Assembly: GCA_039683575.1 (NCBI GenBank) | Contig: JBDKRC010000234.1 | Location: 1 to 60,938 of the forward strand | Length of the DNA: 60,938 nucleotides | Source of the DNA: Armatimonadia bacterium | GTDB taxonomy: Bacteria > Armatimonadota > Zipacnadia > Zipacnadales > UBA11051 | Direction: 5' to 3' | Part shown: positions 20,249 to 30,044 of the stretch, one piece after another | How positions within the stretch are numbered: position 1 is the stretch's first letter | How the letters are laid out: every line of letters begins with the position of its first letter | Translations under genes and position numbers: made by a program | The notes under the pieces: model-generated | Database searches by the model: none | What the model was told of the DNA's origin: nothing | The model's input: only the letters and a program-made list of their open reading frames with translations

Positions 20249-22345
20249 TCAGCGCGGCGAGATGACAAAAACGGGGTCCACCGTCACTGTTACCGTCCCG
20301 GCCGCCTGCAGCGGAGCCCCAAACATGGTCTCCACTCGCCCGCCCGCCGGCACCGGTACATTCAGCTTCTGCCCCGGCTCCGCGGCCCAGAGCACCGTCA
20401 CGAGGCTCTTGCCATCATCAAGCACCGTCCGCCACAGCCCCTCCGGCGTCACTTTCTGCTCGATCACCTTGCGCCCGTGCAACAGCCGGATCAGGTTGGC
20501 ATAGGCCACATACGCGGGCTTGGGCGCGAAGGCGTAGTCATCGTGGTGCACCAGCCCGAAGTTGTGTTCGTTGTACTCCGGCTTCAGCCCATCGTCCTTG
20601 AAATCGTACCAGACGATCTTCTCGACGCCGCTGCCCAGCGCGATGACCATCATCCGCACGAGGCACCGCGCCTGGTGCAGCCAACCGCTGCCATTGCCGC
20701 CGCTGTTGGTCGGCCACCCGATCTCCGTGATCCACAGCGGCAACGGCTTCCCGGCCGCCTCCTTGGCAGCCTCCGTATCCTTCAGGAGATGCTCGCGGAA
20801 GCCCTGTCCGGGCAAAGAGGGATACATGTATGGGTGCATCGAAAACGCGTCCATGGCCGCTCCCGCCCCGCCTGACATCATCCCCTGCAGGTTCCTGCGA
20901 TCCCACTCGCCCCCGATGCCGACTACCATAGCTTTCGGACTGGCCGCCCTGATTGCCTTGCTAGCCTCGAGAAACAGGGGCGCATACTCCGCCGCGACGC
21001 CCTGCTTGCCGTTCATGCCGCAGCCGCCACACCATTCGTTCCAGATCTCGAAATACCGGATCGCGGGCAACTCCCGCGCCAGCGTCGCCGCATACCGGGC
21101 AAATCCCGCCCGCGCCTCCGTCGACACTGGAAACCCGCCTCCGTCGTACAGCCTGTTCCCATAGTCCACGATGATCAACGGCTCAAGCCCCTGCCGCGTC
21201 CCTTCCGCCAGGTACGCGCGGTACTTGTCAGGCACGGTCAGGACGCCCTTTTGCGCCTCGATACCGCCCCAGTCCCAGTACATTTCGTCGCGATAGAACT
21301 TGATCCCGGCGCGGGCCATGAGAGGCATGGCAGGGGAGGTTGGCCAGCTCTGGCCGAAGTGGGTGGCAACGCCGAAGGGCCTGGCGTCATCTTGCGCAGG
21401 GGGCGTGGGCAGCAGCGCAAATCGCAAATCCGCCCACGGAGCGTCGAGGTCGTTTTCCTTGCCAAGGGGTCGCAGCCGGAGGTCATACGCTCCCGGGGCT
21501 GGCGGCGTGACCTGCAGCGGCACCGGCTGTTCGCCGGCCACTACCACGGTGGTCGTCTGGAGGATGTTGCCGAAGGGGTCGACAAGCTGCGCCGCAAGGC
21601 GCACGGGCAACGAGCCAACAGTGGGATCCTTTGGGTCAACCCCCACCGCCAGCCGCACCGGTGTCTGAGGCTCGTAGACCAGCAACGTCTGGGCCGGCGG
21701 GATGAACACCTTCACGCCATGCGGCCGCGCTCGCTCCGGGCGCATCTCGTAGACCCCAAGTTCCGCAAATGTCAGCGCGCCGGTGGCCTTGTAGTGCGAC
21801 CCAAGCTTGTCGAATAGCAGCGAGGCGAGCCGTAGCGGTGGGTCCGGCTTGCCGTTCTTGTCCCCTCCCCAGTGATCGTTCGGCTGGTCGAGGCTCGCCA
21901 CACCCAGCGTCCACTCGTCCGGCACGAGCGGGCCCAGATTGTACTGGAAGCACTCGCCGCTGGCATCCAGCAACCGCAGCCGCGCGGGCAGCGTATGCCT
22001 GCCGCCGCGCATCCATAGCCCCAGGACCTTCACCTCCGGACCAAGCGGAAGCGACCGCTCAAGCTCCAGGTACTCCAGTCCGTCACGGCCCGCGAACTCA
22101 TACTCCACTCGTATGGCCTTCTGCCCCGGCTCGCGCCCCTCCGCCGCCGCCACCCTTCCCCGAGCGGTCAGATCATACGTCGCGGGCTTCCACTGCTCCG
22201 GCTGGTCGAGCGGGTCCAGCGGCGTCACCAACTGATACCTCGTACTGATCTCCCACCGCGTCGGAGGAGGCTTGATTTCCCTCCATTCCTGCCCGAACGT
22301 AGCAGCGGCCGACAGCAACAGGCATAGCAAGCAAAGCTCGCGCAT
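20249..22345 (-). CDS. Secreted clan GH-A glycoside hydrolase with N-terminal CBM-like domain
   Basis: Signal peptide; FEIWNEW, HPY, LWITEIGWP, WYDFKDDG, NFGL..PKPAY. Confidence 0.8.
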   Translation of the reverse strand: MRELCLLCLLLSAAATFGQEWREIKPPPTRWEISTRYQLVTPLDPLDQPEQWKPATYDLTARGRVAAAEGREPGQKAIRVEYEFAGRDGLEYLELERSLPLGPEVKVLGLWMRGGRHTLPARLRLLDASGECFQYNLGPLVPDEWTLGVASLDQPNDHWGGDKNGKPDPPLRLASLLFDKLGSHYKATGALTFAELGVYEMRPERARPHGVKVFIPPAQTLLVYEPQTPVRLAVGVDPKDPTVGSLPVRLAAQLVDPFGNILQTTTVVVAGEQPVPLQVTPPAPGAYDLRLRPLGKENDLDAPWADLRFALLPTPPAQDDARPFGVATHFGQSWPTSPAMPLMARAGIKFYRDEMYWDWGGIEAQKGVLTVPDKYRAYLAEGTRQGLEPLIIVDYGNRLYDGGGFPVSTEARAGFARYAATLARELPAIRYFEIWNEWCGGCGMNGKQGVAAEYAPLFLEASKAIRAASPKAMVVGIGGEWDRRNLQGMMSGGAGAAMDAFSMHPYMYPSLPGQGFREHLLKDTEAAKEAAGKPLPLWITEIGWPTNSGGNGSGWLHQARCLVRMMVIALGSGVEKIVWYDFKDDGLKPEYNEHNFGLVHHDDYAFAPKPAYVAYANLIRLLHGRKVIEQKVTPEGLWRTVLDDGKSLVTVLWAAEPGQKLNVPVPAGGRVETMFGAPLQAAGTVTVTVDPVFVISPR

Positions 22346-22395
22346 ACCTAGTCAAACCTCGATTCGTGGTTGGACGTGCGGGAGGGCGTGCTTCT

Positions 22396-23577
22396 CTACA
22401 GCGGCGGCACCTCGACAACCTTCCCTGTCGCCGACGACTCCAGCGCCGCGAACGCCACCGCGCCGGACATATACGCATCCATGATCCCCTTGTGCGGATC
22501 GTCGCCCTGCTCGATGCGGTCCAGGAAATGCTGCGTCAGCGCCATGTCATGGTGCTGGTGGCCGAAGCTCTGTGGCTTCGGCACTTCGATGATCTCCGTG
22601 GGCTTGTCGGCCAGCGGCGTGTACTCGATCCGATAGCTCGACAGGTCGCACCGTATCTCGCCCTTGTCGCCGATGAAGGTCAGCCGCCGCTCGCCCTTGG
22701 GCGATACCATGGTCATGGTGTACGACAGCTTCATACCATTGGTGAACTCCGCCGTCAGCGAGGTCGTGTCCGAGGTGTCCTTGTCGGTGTTGTACACGCA
22801 GATATCCTCAGGCAGCACCTGCGGCCCCGCGGTGTTGTAGAACCGCTCGCGGTACTCCGGCCCCTGGTCGGTATAGTAGATACACTGGGACGTGACCGCG
22901 CACTCTTTGCAGAACGCCGCTGCGTCGCTGCGGGGCTTGAAGACCTCGGTGCCGGCAAACGACGCCACGCGCTGGGGGTAGGCATCGCTGATGAAGTTGA
23001 TGATATCAAGCGTGTGGCAGCCCTTGTGGAGCAGCATGTCGCCGCTCATCTCGCGGAAGCGGTTCCAGCGCCGCATGTACGTCGAGCCATGGAACCAGCC
23101 CACCGCCTCGTGGGTGATGCATGCGATGACCTTGCCAATCGCCCCGCCGGTAACCATTTCCCGGAGCTTGATCGCGCAGGGGTCATACCGCAGCACAAAC
23201 CCGAGGTGCAGGAGCTTGCCGGACTCGATGGCCGCCTCACAGATCGCCCGCGCGTCGTTGGGGGTCGTGGCGAGGGGCTTTTCGACCAGGCAGTGAAACC
23301 CCGCGCCGAAGCACTTCTGCGCCGGCTCGAGGTGGGCATAGTCCGGCGTGCAGATCAGCACCGCATCCACATCATCGCGCTTGACCAGGTTGTCCACGCC
23401 AATGACCTGCGGGACGTCGGTGAGTTCATTGTCAGCGCAGAACTGGCTGACCGTGCTCTCCCGGCGACCGCACATTGCCGTCCACACCGCGCGAGGCTCC
23501 GTCATCCGGTTCAGGACGTCCACATAGATCTGACCGCGACCGCCAGTACCGAGCAAAGCAAAACGAACAGGAGCCAT
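22396..23577 (-). CDS. Gfo/Idh/MocA family oxidoreductase
   Basis: G.GGRG, ICTPD..H, VEKP, H..H.LD. Confidence 0.92.
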   Translation of the reverse strand: MAPVRFALLGTGGRGQIYVDVLNRMTEPRAVWTAMCGRRESTVSQFCADNELTDVPQVIGVDNLVKRDDVDAVLICTPDYAHLEPAQKCFGAGFHCLVEKPLATTPNDARAICEAAIESGKLLHLGFVLRYDPCAIKLREMVTGGAIGKVIACITHEAVGWFHGSTYMRRWNRFREMSGDMLLHKGCHTLDIINFISDAYPQRVASFAGTEVFKPRSDAAAFCKECAVTSQCIYYTDQGPEYRERFYNTAGPQVLPEDICVYNTDKDTSDTTSLTAEFTNGMKLSYTMTMVSPKGERRLTFIGDKGEIRCDLSSYRIEYTPLADKPTEIIEVPKPQSFGHQHHDMALTQHFLDRIEQGDDPHKGIMDAYMSGAVAFAALESSATGKVVEVPPL

Positions 23578-23646
23578 TTCGTTACCTCATGAAATAGTTG
23601 AATAGTGATATGGTTACGCAAAGCCAGCGCTTACCGCACCAACTCA

Positions 23647-25656
23647 TTATACACTGGAACACCGTTTGGCAGAAATCGGACGACAAGCACTGACAACTAA
23701 CAGCACCAGCAGCGCCAGCGCCGACCCGAGGCTGACGGCGACGCCAGCCCGGAAACGCGGCTGGACGTAGCGAAGCTCAACGACGGATCTGCCGTCGGGG
23801 ACCGCGATGGCAGTGAAGGCGAGGTTTGAACGAACAGCCTCCGTCGGCTGCCCATCAATCGTCGCCTGCCACCACGGCAGCCACGTGTACGGCAGTATCA
23901 GATAACAGACGCGCGATGCGAGGCATTTGGCCACCACTCCCCTGGATGACACCAAGAGGACTCTGGCAGTGCCCAGTGCCGGGCTCACAGGCCCCCTGAA
24001 CTCCTCTGGTCTCGGGTTCTCCGCCAGCCACGCCGACAGAGGCTGCGTTTCGTACGTGGACACGTCCGCGCCCACCTGCCGAAGCTGCCACGCCGGGTTC
24101 ACGTCCCGTCCCGGAGGCGCCAGCAGCCACTGAATCCCGCTCGCCCCGGCGGCCGCAGGATCGAGCCAGTTCACCTGCTCCCTCAAACGCTGGAAATGCG
24201 CCAACTGCAGCGGCATGTAGCCATCAGCGGTAGAGAGACCCCACATCATGTTGAGGTTGGGGATGACAAGCTGCCTGCCGAACAGCAACGTGTCCCGCGG
24301 TGATAGGTCCGAGCGCAGCGCGTGGGCGGTGGTGCTGATGATGCGCCCGCCGGTCAGCATCTCTGCTGACGCCGGTGGCTTGAGCAAGTCCGGATCTGCC
24401 AGGGGGTTGTAGCGCATCCCAAACCACGCCGTCTCCGCCAGCAGAATGGCCGCCAGCGGCAACTGCAGCCACTTGAGCCGCCGCAGGATGGTCAGCCCAT
24501 ACGCCGCGAGCAGTGACAGGCAGGCCGAGATGATGAGCAGCCACCGTGCCGCGCAGCGCAGGCCGCTTAGCAGCGGGAGATGTACGAAGAGCCGGTAGAG
24601 CGGGTTGACGCCCGCCATGCCCATGAATAGCGATATCAGGATGAGGGCGGCCAGCAGGTTGAGAAGCGGTCGGTTGCGGCCCCGGATGAAGGCGAAGAAG
24701 GCGAGTGCCAGCGTGCTCAGACCAGCGAAGGCCTCGTATTCCCAGGCATCTCCGACGTTCAGGTGCAGGCCCAGGAAGGTCTTGAGGCTCTCCTTTGACA
24801 GCGCGTATGAGGTAACGAAGGAGAGGGAGGGCGCGCTGCGAGCCGACAGCCTGAAAAGACTCAGCATGGGCAGGAGCGTAACCCCGGCCAGCCCGGCGCC
24901 CAGCACGGCGGCGAAAACCAGAAAGAGCCAGCGACGTAGTATGAGATGGCCCGGCTCGCGGGGCTGAGAGGGGGGAACAATGACTTCGGCCAGCGCCAAC
25001 AGCGCAAAGCCCGACCCAAACGTCAGCAGCCAGATCTGGGGCTGACCGGCCAGGAGTTGAGCAGCGGAACACCACCCCAGAAGCAGGAGATACCGGGGTG
25101 CGCCTGCGCCACCATTGGGGTATCGACACGACAGCAACGCATACCAGGCCCACGGGAACCATGCCGCGGCGGTGATGATGGCGACATGGTGCAGGTGGGC
25201 GATCATGAAACCGGTGGTGGTGAAGACCGCTGCGGCGCAGAACGCGGGGAGGCGCCCTGCGCGCAGGCGCCGCGCGACTGTGAAGACCCCGGCCGCCGCG
25301 ATGACATAGTGCAGCCACAGCAGCCAGCCGATCATCTGACCAATCGGCAGCGGAATCGCCAGCAGCAGGTTGAGCGGGTACCACACGCCCGTCTGCGGCT
25401 CGGCGGCGAGGGGATAGCCGCAACTGACCAGCGGGCACCACGGCAGGCGGTTGCCACCCCACAGCTCATACCGCAGGTAGTCGTGCACCGGCAGAAACCA
25501 CGCCCACAGGTCGTCGTGGAAGTAGATGGCGCGGCCCAGCAGTACCGGGGAGTGCAAGCCGCCCAGCAGCAGCGCCAGCCCGAGCACGTACACCCAGTCA
25601 CCGCGCCGGACGGGCTCCGGGCTGCTCTCCTCGCTCTGAAGGGATAGCTCACTCAT
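23647..25656 (-). CDS. YfhO family membrane protein (GT-C-type glycosyltransferase-like)
   Basis: LPWCP...GYPLAA.PQ...YPLN, many TM helices, C-terminal PWW.A.IDG...V.LRY; start MSELS sits 10 nt downstream of a promoter motif. Confidence 0.8.
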   Translation of the reverse strand: MSELSLQSEESSPEPVRRGDWVYVLGLALLLGGLHSPVLLGRAIYFHDDLWAWFLPVHDYLRYELWGGNRLPWCPLVSCGYPLAAEPQTGVWYPLNLLLAIPLPIGQMIGWLLWLHYVIAAAGVFTVARRLRAGRLPAFCAAAVFTTTGFMIAHLHHVAIITAAAWFPWAWYALLSCRYPNGGAGAPRYLLLLGWCSAAQLLAGQPQIWLLTFGSGFALLALAEVIVPPSQPREPGHLILRRWLFLVFAAVLGAGLAGVTLLPMLSLFRLSARSAPSLSFVTSYALSKESLKTFLGLHLNVGDAWEYEAFAGLSTLALAFFAFIRGRNRPLLNLLAALILISLFMGMAGVNPLYRLFVHLPLLSGLRCAARWLLIISACLSLLAAYGLTILRRLKWLQLPLAAILLAETAWFGMRYNPLADPDLLKPPASAEMLTGGRIISTTAHALRSDLSPRDTLLFGRQLVIPNLNMMWGLSTADGYMPLQLAHFQRLREQVNWLDPAAAGASGIQWLLAPPGRDVNPAWQLRQVGADVSTYETQPLSAWLAENPRPEEFRGPVSPALGTARVLLVSSRGVVAKCLASRVCYLILPYTWLPWWQATIDGQPTEAVRSNLAFTAIAVPDGRSVVELRYVQPRFRAGVAVSLGSALALLVLLVVSACRPISAKRCSSV

Positions 25657-25728
25657 CAGGGGGAAGTTCCAGCACCTGCAGTGGCAAACCTGCCAGACGA
25701 CACAGACCGGGTGGGCATAGGACCTCTC

Positions 25729-25882
25729 GCCGCTGGTAGGAGCGCTCCCCTGAGCGCGACAGTACGCCGCTACCGGTCGCCGAGATCGCGCTCGGGGGAT
25801 GCCGCTGGTAGGAGCGCTCCCCTGAGCGCGACAGTATGCCGCTACCGGTCGCCGAGATCGCGCTCGGGGGAGCGCTCCTACC
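25729..25882. repeat. REP family D: 72-bp tandem duplication ending in an inverted REP
   Basis: GTAGGAGCGCTCCCCTGAGCGCGA in units starting at 25729 and 25801, then the inverted TCGCGCTCGGGGGAGCGCTCCTAC. Confidence 0.85.
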
Positions 25883-27278
25883 CCCGAACTGACGGCCGCC
25901 GCGCCAGCACAAACCCCACCACTGACACGATCAGCCCCGGATACATCGGCTCGAGCCCCACCGGATACGTCGGCCAGCCGTCCACCAGGTGCAGTTGCCC
26001 CCACACCAGCCATGACAGCGACGCGAGCGAGGCGGCGACCATCAGCACGGCTGCGGCCCGCCGACGGACGCGCAGCGCAGGCCAGTACGCCGATAGCAGC
26101 GGTAGGAGCAGACCGGGGATGAAGGTCGTGCCGATCGAGTACCACAGCTTGACCACCGACGGTACCCACAGCGCCAGCAGCAGCGCGATGACGGTGGTGA
26201 GGCTGAGCCCGAGGGCGGTGCGAATGCCGATGCGGGCGTCGGGATCGCCACCTTCGAGCCGCCAGACGAAGTCGCGCGTGAAGGTCACGCCGCACAGGAA
26301 CAGGTAGCTGACCAGCGTGGACATGACTGTGGCGAGCATGGCCACGTAGAAAAGGCCCTTCCAACCGGCAGGCAACAGATGTTCGGCGAGCAGCGGGTAT
26401 GCCATCACGGGGTCAATATGTGGCAGCGCCGCCCGGGCGTACAACCCCGCCGTCGTGGTCATGAAGTCGAAGATCATCCAGCACAGGATGCTGACCAATA
26501 CGCCGCGTTGAGCCGTCTGCGGGGTTTTGGCCGCGTAGCAGCGCTGGTGGAAGCCGGGGTCCACGAGCGTCCACAGCGCAATGAAGAACCAGGCGATGAC
26601 ATACTGGGCGGAGTTGCCGCCGTTCCAGGTGAGGTGGGTGGCAGGGAGCGCGGCGCGCAGGGCTTGTAGCCCGCCGATCTTGCTGAAGCAGAAAGGCAGA
26701 ATGACCGCGAAACCAACGAACATCAGGATGAACTGGACGATGTTCACGCGCACGTCGGCACGGAAGCCCCCGAAGTAGACGTAGATGGTGGAGATGATGA
26801 CCCCGAAGATCAGTCCCGGTAGCAGCGGCCAGCCGAAGATGAGCTGCAGTAGCGTGCCCAGCATGAGCACGTACGGGGCCGGGGTGGTGAGGCAGTAGAC
26901 AAAGCCCGCGGCGATGACGCTCGCGGTTTTGCCATAGGCTTCGTCAATTTTGTCGGGGATGGTGTACAGCTTCGCCTGGCGTATCTTCGGCGCCAGGAAA
27001 AACGCGAAGAAGGCGGCGAAGAAGTAGTAGGGCACGCCGAAGACCAGCCAGGCCGAGAGCCCGTTCTGGTGGGCAAACTCCCCTACGCCCAGAATACCGC
27101 CATACCACGTCGCGACCAGAGTCGCCACGAAGGCCGGCAGCGTGAGCGTGCGCCCGGCCAGAAAGTAGTCGTCGGAGGTCTTCCCGCGCCGCATGCAGCA
27201 CAGACCGACGATCAGCAGCGCCAGGAAATAGCCGCCGATGACGAGGTAATCAGGTGTGGCGAAAGTCATCCGCGGCAT
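25878..27278 (-). CDS. Sodium:solute symporter (SSS) family transporter, probable thiamine/precursor uptake
   Basis: DYFLAGR, ATWYGG, YTIPD, QRCYAAK, ATVMST; roughly 13 TM segments; last gene of the TPP-riboswitch operon. Confidence 0.9.
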   Translation of the reverse strand: MPRMTFATPDYLVIGGYFLALLIVGLCCMRRGKTSDDYFLAGRTLTLPAFVATLVATWYGGILGVGEFAHQNGLSAWLVFGVPYYFFAAFFAFFLAPKIRQAKLYTIPDKIDEAYGKTASVIAAGFVYCLTTPAPYVLMLGTLLQLIFGWPLLPGLIFGVIISTIYVYFGGFRADVRVNIVQFILMFVGFAVILPFCFSKIGGLQALRAALPATHLTWNGGNSAQYVIAWFFIALWTLVDPGFHQRCYAAKTPQTAQRGVLVSILCWMIFDFMTTTAGLYARAALPHIDPVMAYPLLAEHLLPAGWKGLFYVAMLATVMSTLVSYLFLCGVTFTRDFVWRLEGGDPDARIGIRTALGLSLTTVIALLLALWVPSVVKLWYSIGTTFIPGLLLPLLSAYWPALRVRRRAAAVLMVAASLASLSWLVWGQLHLVDGWPTYPVGLEPMYPGLIVSVVGFVLARRPSVRG

Positions 27279-27280
27279 GA

Positions 27281-27895
27281 TCAGGCGACTCCGGTAGCGG
27301 TAATGACGGCGAGCAGGCCGGAGTGCAGGTCAATGAAGACTTCCTCCGCAGTCGCTTCGTTGCTAAGACCCCGCGTCCCCTGTTCGAGGGCGCCGTGCAG
27401 CGGCCACCGGAGGCCTTCGGTGTCAAGTGTGACATCGCAGGTCAGTGGCACCAGCGAGACGAGGCTGCCGGGCTTACATGAGAGCGTGTAGGGCTCGGAG
27501 ATGACCCGCATTTGGCTGAAGTCGTCAACCAGCAGCAGGTCGGCCCGCCGGTGATAGCGCGCGATCAGCCACATGTTGCCCAGCGTGTGGTCGAGCCGCC
27601 GTCCCGTGGCCCCGAGCACCACGATTCGCTCGGCGCCACGCTCCAGCGCCAGCAGGACGGCCTTCTCGGCGTCGCTGTTCTCCTGCTCCCCATGGGGGCC
27701 GGAGTTGATGACCTCACACTCCGGCAGCATCCCAGCCGAATCCATGTCCCCGATGACAATGTCCGGGCAGCAGCCGGTCGCGCCGACCCACCCCACCGCC
27801 CCGTCTGTGCAGACGATCAGGCTCGTCTGCTGCAGGTGATGAAGCAGCAACTCTCTCGAGGGTGGCTCGCCGTCACAGAGGATCAGTGCCATCAT
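27281..27895 (-). CDS. thiN: Thiamine diphosphokinase
   Basis: TDGA, PD..IGDMDS, SD.EKA, GATG.R.DH..GN, GL.WPL, GLSNE; ATGA overlap with the upstream pilin-like gene. Confidence 0.92.
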   Translation of the reverse strand: MMALILCDGEPPSRELLLHHLQQTSLIVCTDGAVGWVGATGCCPDIVIGDMDSAGMLPECEVINSGPHGEQENSDAEKAVLLALERGAERIVVLGATGRRLDHTLGNMWLIARYHRRADLLLVDDFSQMRVISEPYTLSCKPGSLVSLVPLTCDVTLDTEGLRWPLHGALEQGTRGLSNEATAEEVFIDLHSGLLAVITATGVA

Positions 27896-28623
27896 GGCGT
27901 CTCGTTTCCCGGATCGGTAGTCAGGCCTCCAAGCGTAAGGACGTCGGACGAGGTCGCGCGGAGCTTGTACCACTTCGCATGACCGTCGGCAAACATGAAG
28001 TTGTCGCCGCCGTTATGACGCCCCCGCAGCAACTCTCCATCGAAGCTGGTGGCCCAGTCGGGGCTGTCGAGGGTGTTGTAGCGCGCCGGCCAGCCGCTGG
28101 CAGTCCAGTCCGAGCTGTCATCCCACAAAATCACACACTGAGCCGGAGCAGCAACACCGCCAATGGACAGGGTCAACGGATAGACGGTCGCAGGGGTCCG
28201 GTTCCAGGGGTCCCAGCCGGAGGTCAGTTCGAAGCCAAAGTTGGCGTTCCAGGCATAGCTGAGCAGGATCGTATGACAGCCGGCAAAGTCCACGTTCGGG
28301 GCGCGGCCATCCGAAGGGCAGCGAAATATCTGGTTGTTCTTGACGTATGGCAGGATGCGGTTGGGCCAGGTGTACGGGATCTGAGTGGCGTCTCCAATGC
28401 CACCAGCGTTATCGTTCTGGTAGGAAATCGGATATAGTTCGTCATAGTCCTGCGCATACATCAACACGCTGGTACCAAGCTGCTTGAGGTTGTTCAGACA
28501 ACTCGCCTGCCGGGCCTTCTCACGGGCCTTGGCGAACACCGGAAAGAGAATGGCGGCCAGGATCGCAATAATGGCGATCACGACCAGCAGCTCAATCAGT
28601 GTGAAACCTCGGGTACTCCTCAT
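27892..28623 (-). CDS. Prepilin-type N-methylation / DUF1559 / H-X9-DG protein
   Basis: [58 protein letters not shown]. Confidence 0.92.
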   Translation of the reverse strand: MRSTRGFTLIELLVVIAIIAILAAILFPVFAKAREKARQASCLNNLKQLGTSVLMYAQDYDELYPISYQNDNAGGIGDATQIPYTWPNRILPYVKNNQIFRCPSDGRAPNVDFAGCHTILLSYAWNANFGFELTSGWDPWNRTPATVYPLTLSIGGVAAPAQCVILWDDSSDWTASGWPARYNTLDSPDWATSFDGELLRGRHNGGDNFMFADGHAKWYKLRATSSDVLTLGGLTTDPGNETP

Positions 28624-28651
28624 CTCATTCACCCGTTCGGGCGTGGGACCG

Positions 28652-28682
28652 AAAAAAGCGCAACAGATATAATCCGTTGCGC
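28652..28682 (-). terminator. Intrinsic terminator (riboswitch expression platform)
   Basis: Minus strand GCGCAACGGAT-TAT-ATCTGTTGCGC-TTTTTT between the aptamer and the first gene. Confidence 0.85.
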
Positions 28683-28700
28683 CGCGGTGATAGAACTCAT

Positions 28701-28807
28701 CGCTTCCCTACGCCGGTATTATCCGTTTCAGGTATGAGCAGTGCGAACTGCTCGAGGGTTGGGCACCTTTGCCCTCTCAGCCGCCTTACCTGGCAGCACC
28801 CCTAGCG
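28701..28807 (-). ncRNA. TPP (THI-box) riboswitch
   Basis: Minus strand CGCTAGGGGTGC...CTGAGA...ACCC...ACCTGAAACGGATAATACCGGCGTAGGGAAGCG carries the hallmark THI-box blocks; it lies upstream of thiN. Confidence 0.93.
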
Positions 28808-28826
28808 GGTATTCGATTGTGTTCAT

Positions 28827-28855
28827 AGAATAGCCCATTCGACGGGGCAGGTCAA
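28827..28855 (-). promoter_or_regulatory. Sigma-70 promoter of the TPP operon
   Basis: TTGACC-N17-TATTCT, about 20 nt upstream of the aptamer. Confidence 0.7.
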
Positions 28856-28969
28856 GGTGTACGTGAGGACGAAGACGCGCTCCAAGGGCGACGCCCTGAG
28901 CACCCGCGGGGCTTCGCGAAGCTCGCCGGGAGTATTTGGCCGAAAGCCTTACAGGGCAGGGAGTACATT

Positions 28970-30031
28970 GTGACCTCACGTGAGCGCCTCAGATTGACAC
29001 TGCACCGCCACGAGCCTGATCGCGTAGCCATGGCCGAGATCGCCTTCTGGCCCGAAACTGTCACGCGTTGGCAGCAGGAGGGACTGCCGGCCGATCAGAC
29101 GCCGGCGGACTACTTCGGCCTCGACCAACTGGCCCTCGGCGGCTGCGACTGCTCGCTGCAGTTGCCGGTTGAACTGCTTGAGGAGACGGCGGAGTGGAAG
29201 CTGGAGCGCGACGCGGACGGGACCGTGCACAAGGTCTGGAAGGAGCACTACGCCCCGCCGTCGGAGATTGACCACCTGATCAAAACGCGCGCGGACTGGG
29301 AACGCTACCGCGAGCGCCTCACGCCATCTGACGACCGCCTCGCGAAAACGCTGGTGAGCTACTACCAGAATGCGGAGGAGAACGGGCAGTTCTCGACCTT
29401 CAACCCGACCGAACCCGTGTGGTGGACGCTAAGGACGCTGGGGATGGAGCGCGCGCTGATGACGCTTGCCGAGGACCCAAAGTGGTTTGAGGAAATGGTG
29501 GCGACGCAGGCGGAGATGTCGCTGGAACTGATCCGCAAGCTGCTCACGAGGGGAGCGAAGCCGGATGCGGTCTGGTTCTTCTCGGACCTGTGCTACCGCA
29601 ACGGCATGCTCTTTTCGCCGCGCGCCTACCGGCAGATCATGATGCCGTACCACAAGCGCTACGCGGAGCTATGCCACGAAAACGACATGTTCCTGATTCT
29701 TCACTGCGATGGGGATGTGGGGGAATTCATACCACTGCTGATCGAGTCGGGGTTCGACTGCGTTCAGCCGCTAGAAGCGCGGGCGGGGAACGACGTGCGC
29801 GACCTCAAGCCCCTCTACGGCCAGCAGATCAGCTTCTTTGGCAACATCAACATGGATGTGCTGGCCACCGGCGACCGCGAGGCTATCAAGCATGAGGTGG
29901 TAACCAAGGTGCAGGCGGCCAAGGTAGGCGGCGGGTACATCTACCACTCCGACCACTCCGTCCCCCCAACCGTCAGCTTCGAAGCCTACAGCTACGCGAT
30001 AGAACTGGCGCGGCAGGTTGGGAAGTACTGA
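28970..30031 (+). CDS. Uroporphyrinogen decarboxylase / MtaA-CmuA family protein
   Basis: MTSRER....PDRV, HCDG, QPLE..AG.D, GGGYI..SDHSVP; GTG start with GGAG RBS. Confidence 0.88.
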   Translation: MTSRERLRLTLHRHEPDRVAMAEIAFWPETVTRWQQEGLPADQTPADYFGLDQLALGGCDCSLQLPVELLEETAEWKLERDADGTVHKVWKEHYAPPSEIDHLIKTRADWERYRERLTPSDDRLAKTLVSYYQNAEENGQFSTFNPTEPVWWTLRTLGMERALMTLAEDPKWFEEMVATQAEMSLELIRKLLTRGAKPDAVWFFSDLCYRNGMLFSPRAYRQIMMPYHKRYAELCHENDMFLILHCDGDVGEFIPLLIESGFDCVQPLEARAGNDVRDLKPLYGQQISFFGNINMDVLATGDREAIKHEVVTKVQAAKVGGGYIYHSDHSVPPTVSFEAYSYAIELARQVGKY

Positions 30032-30044
30032 GGGTCGCCCTCCC

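Noticed and set aside
25729-25882. Possible CRISPR array (72-bp period)
   Set aside because: Only two units, the spacers are near-identical, the structure is GTAG-palindrome REP-like, and no cas genes are present.
25657-26364. 235-aa N-terminal extension of the YfhO ORF in the track
   Set aside because: It overlaps the SSS gene in another frame and reads through the REP duplication; a promoter motif sits right before the MSELS start.
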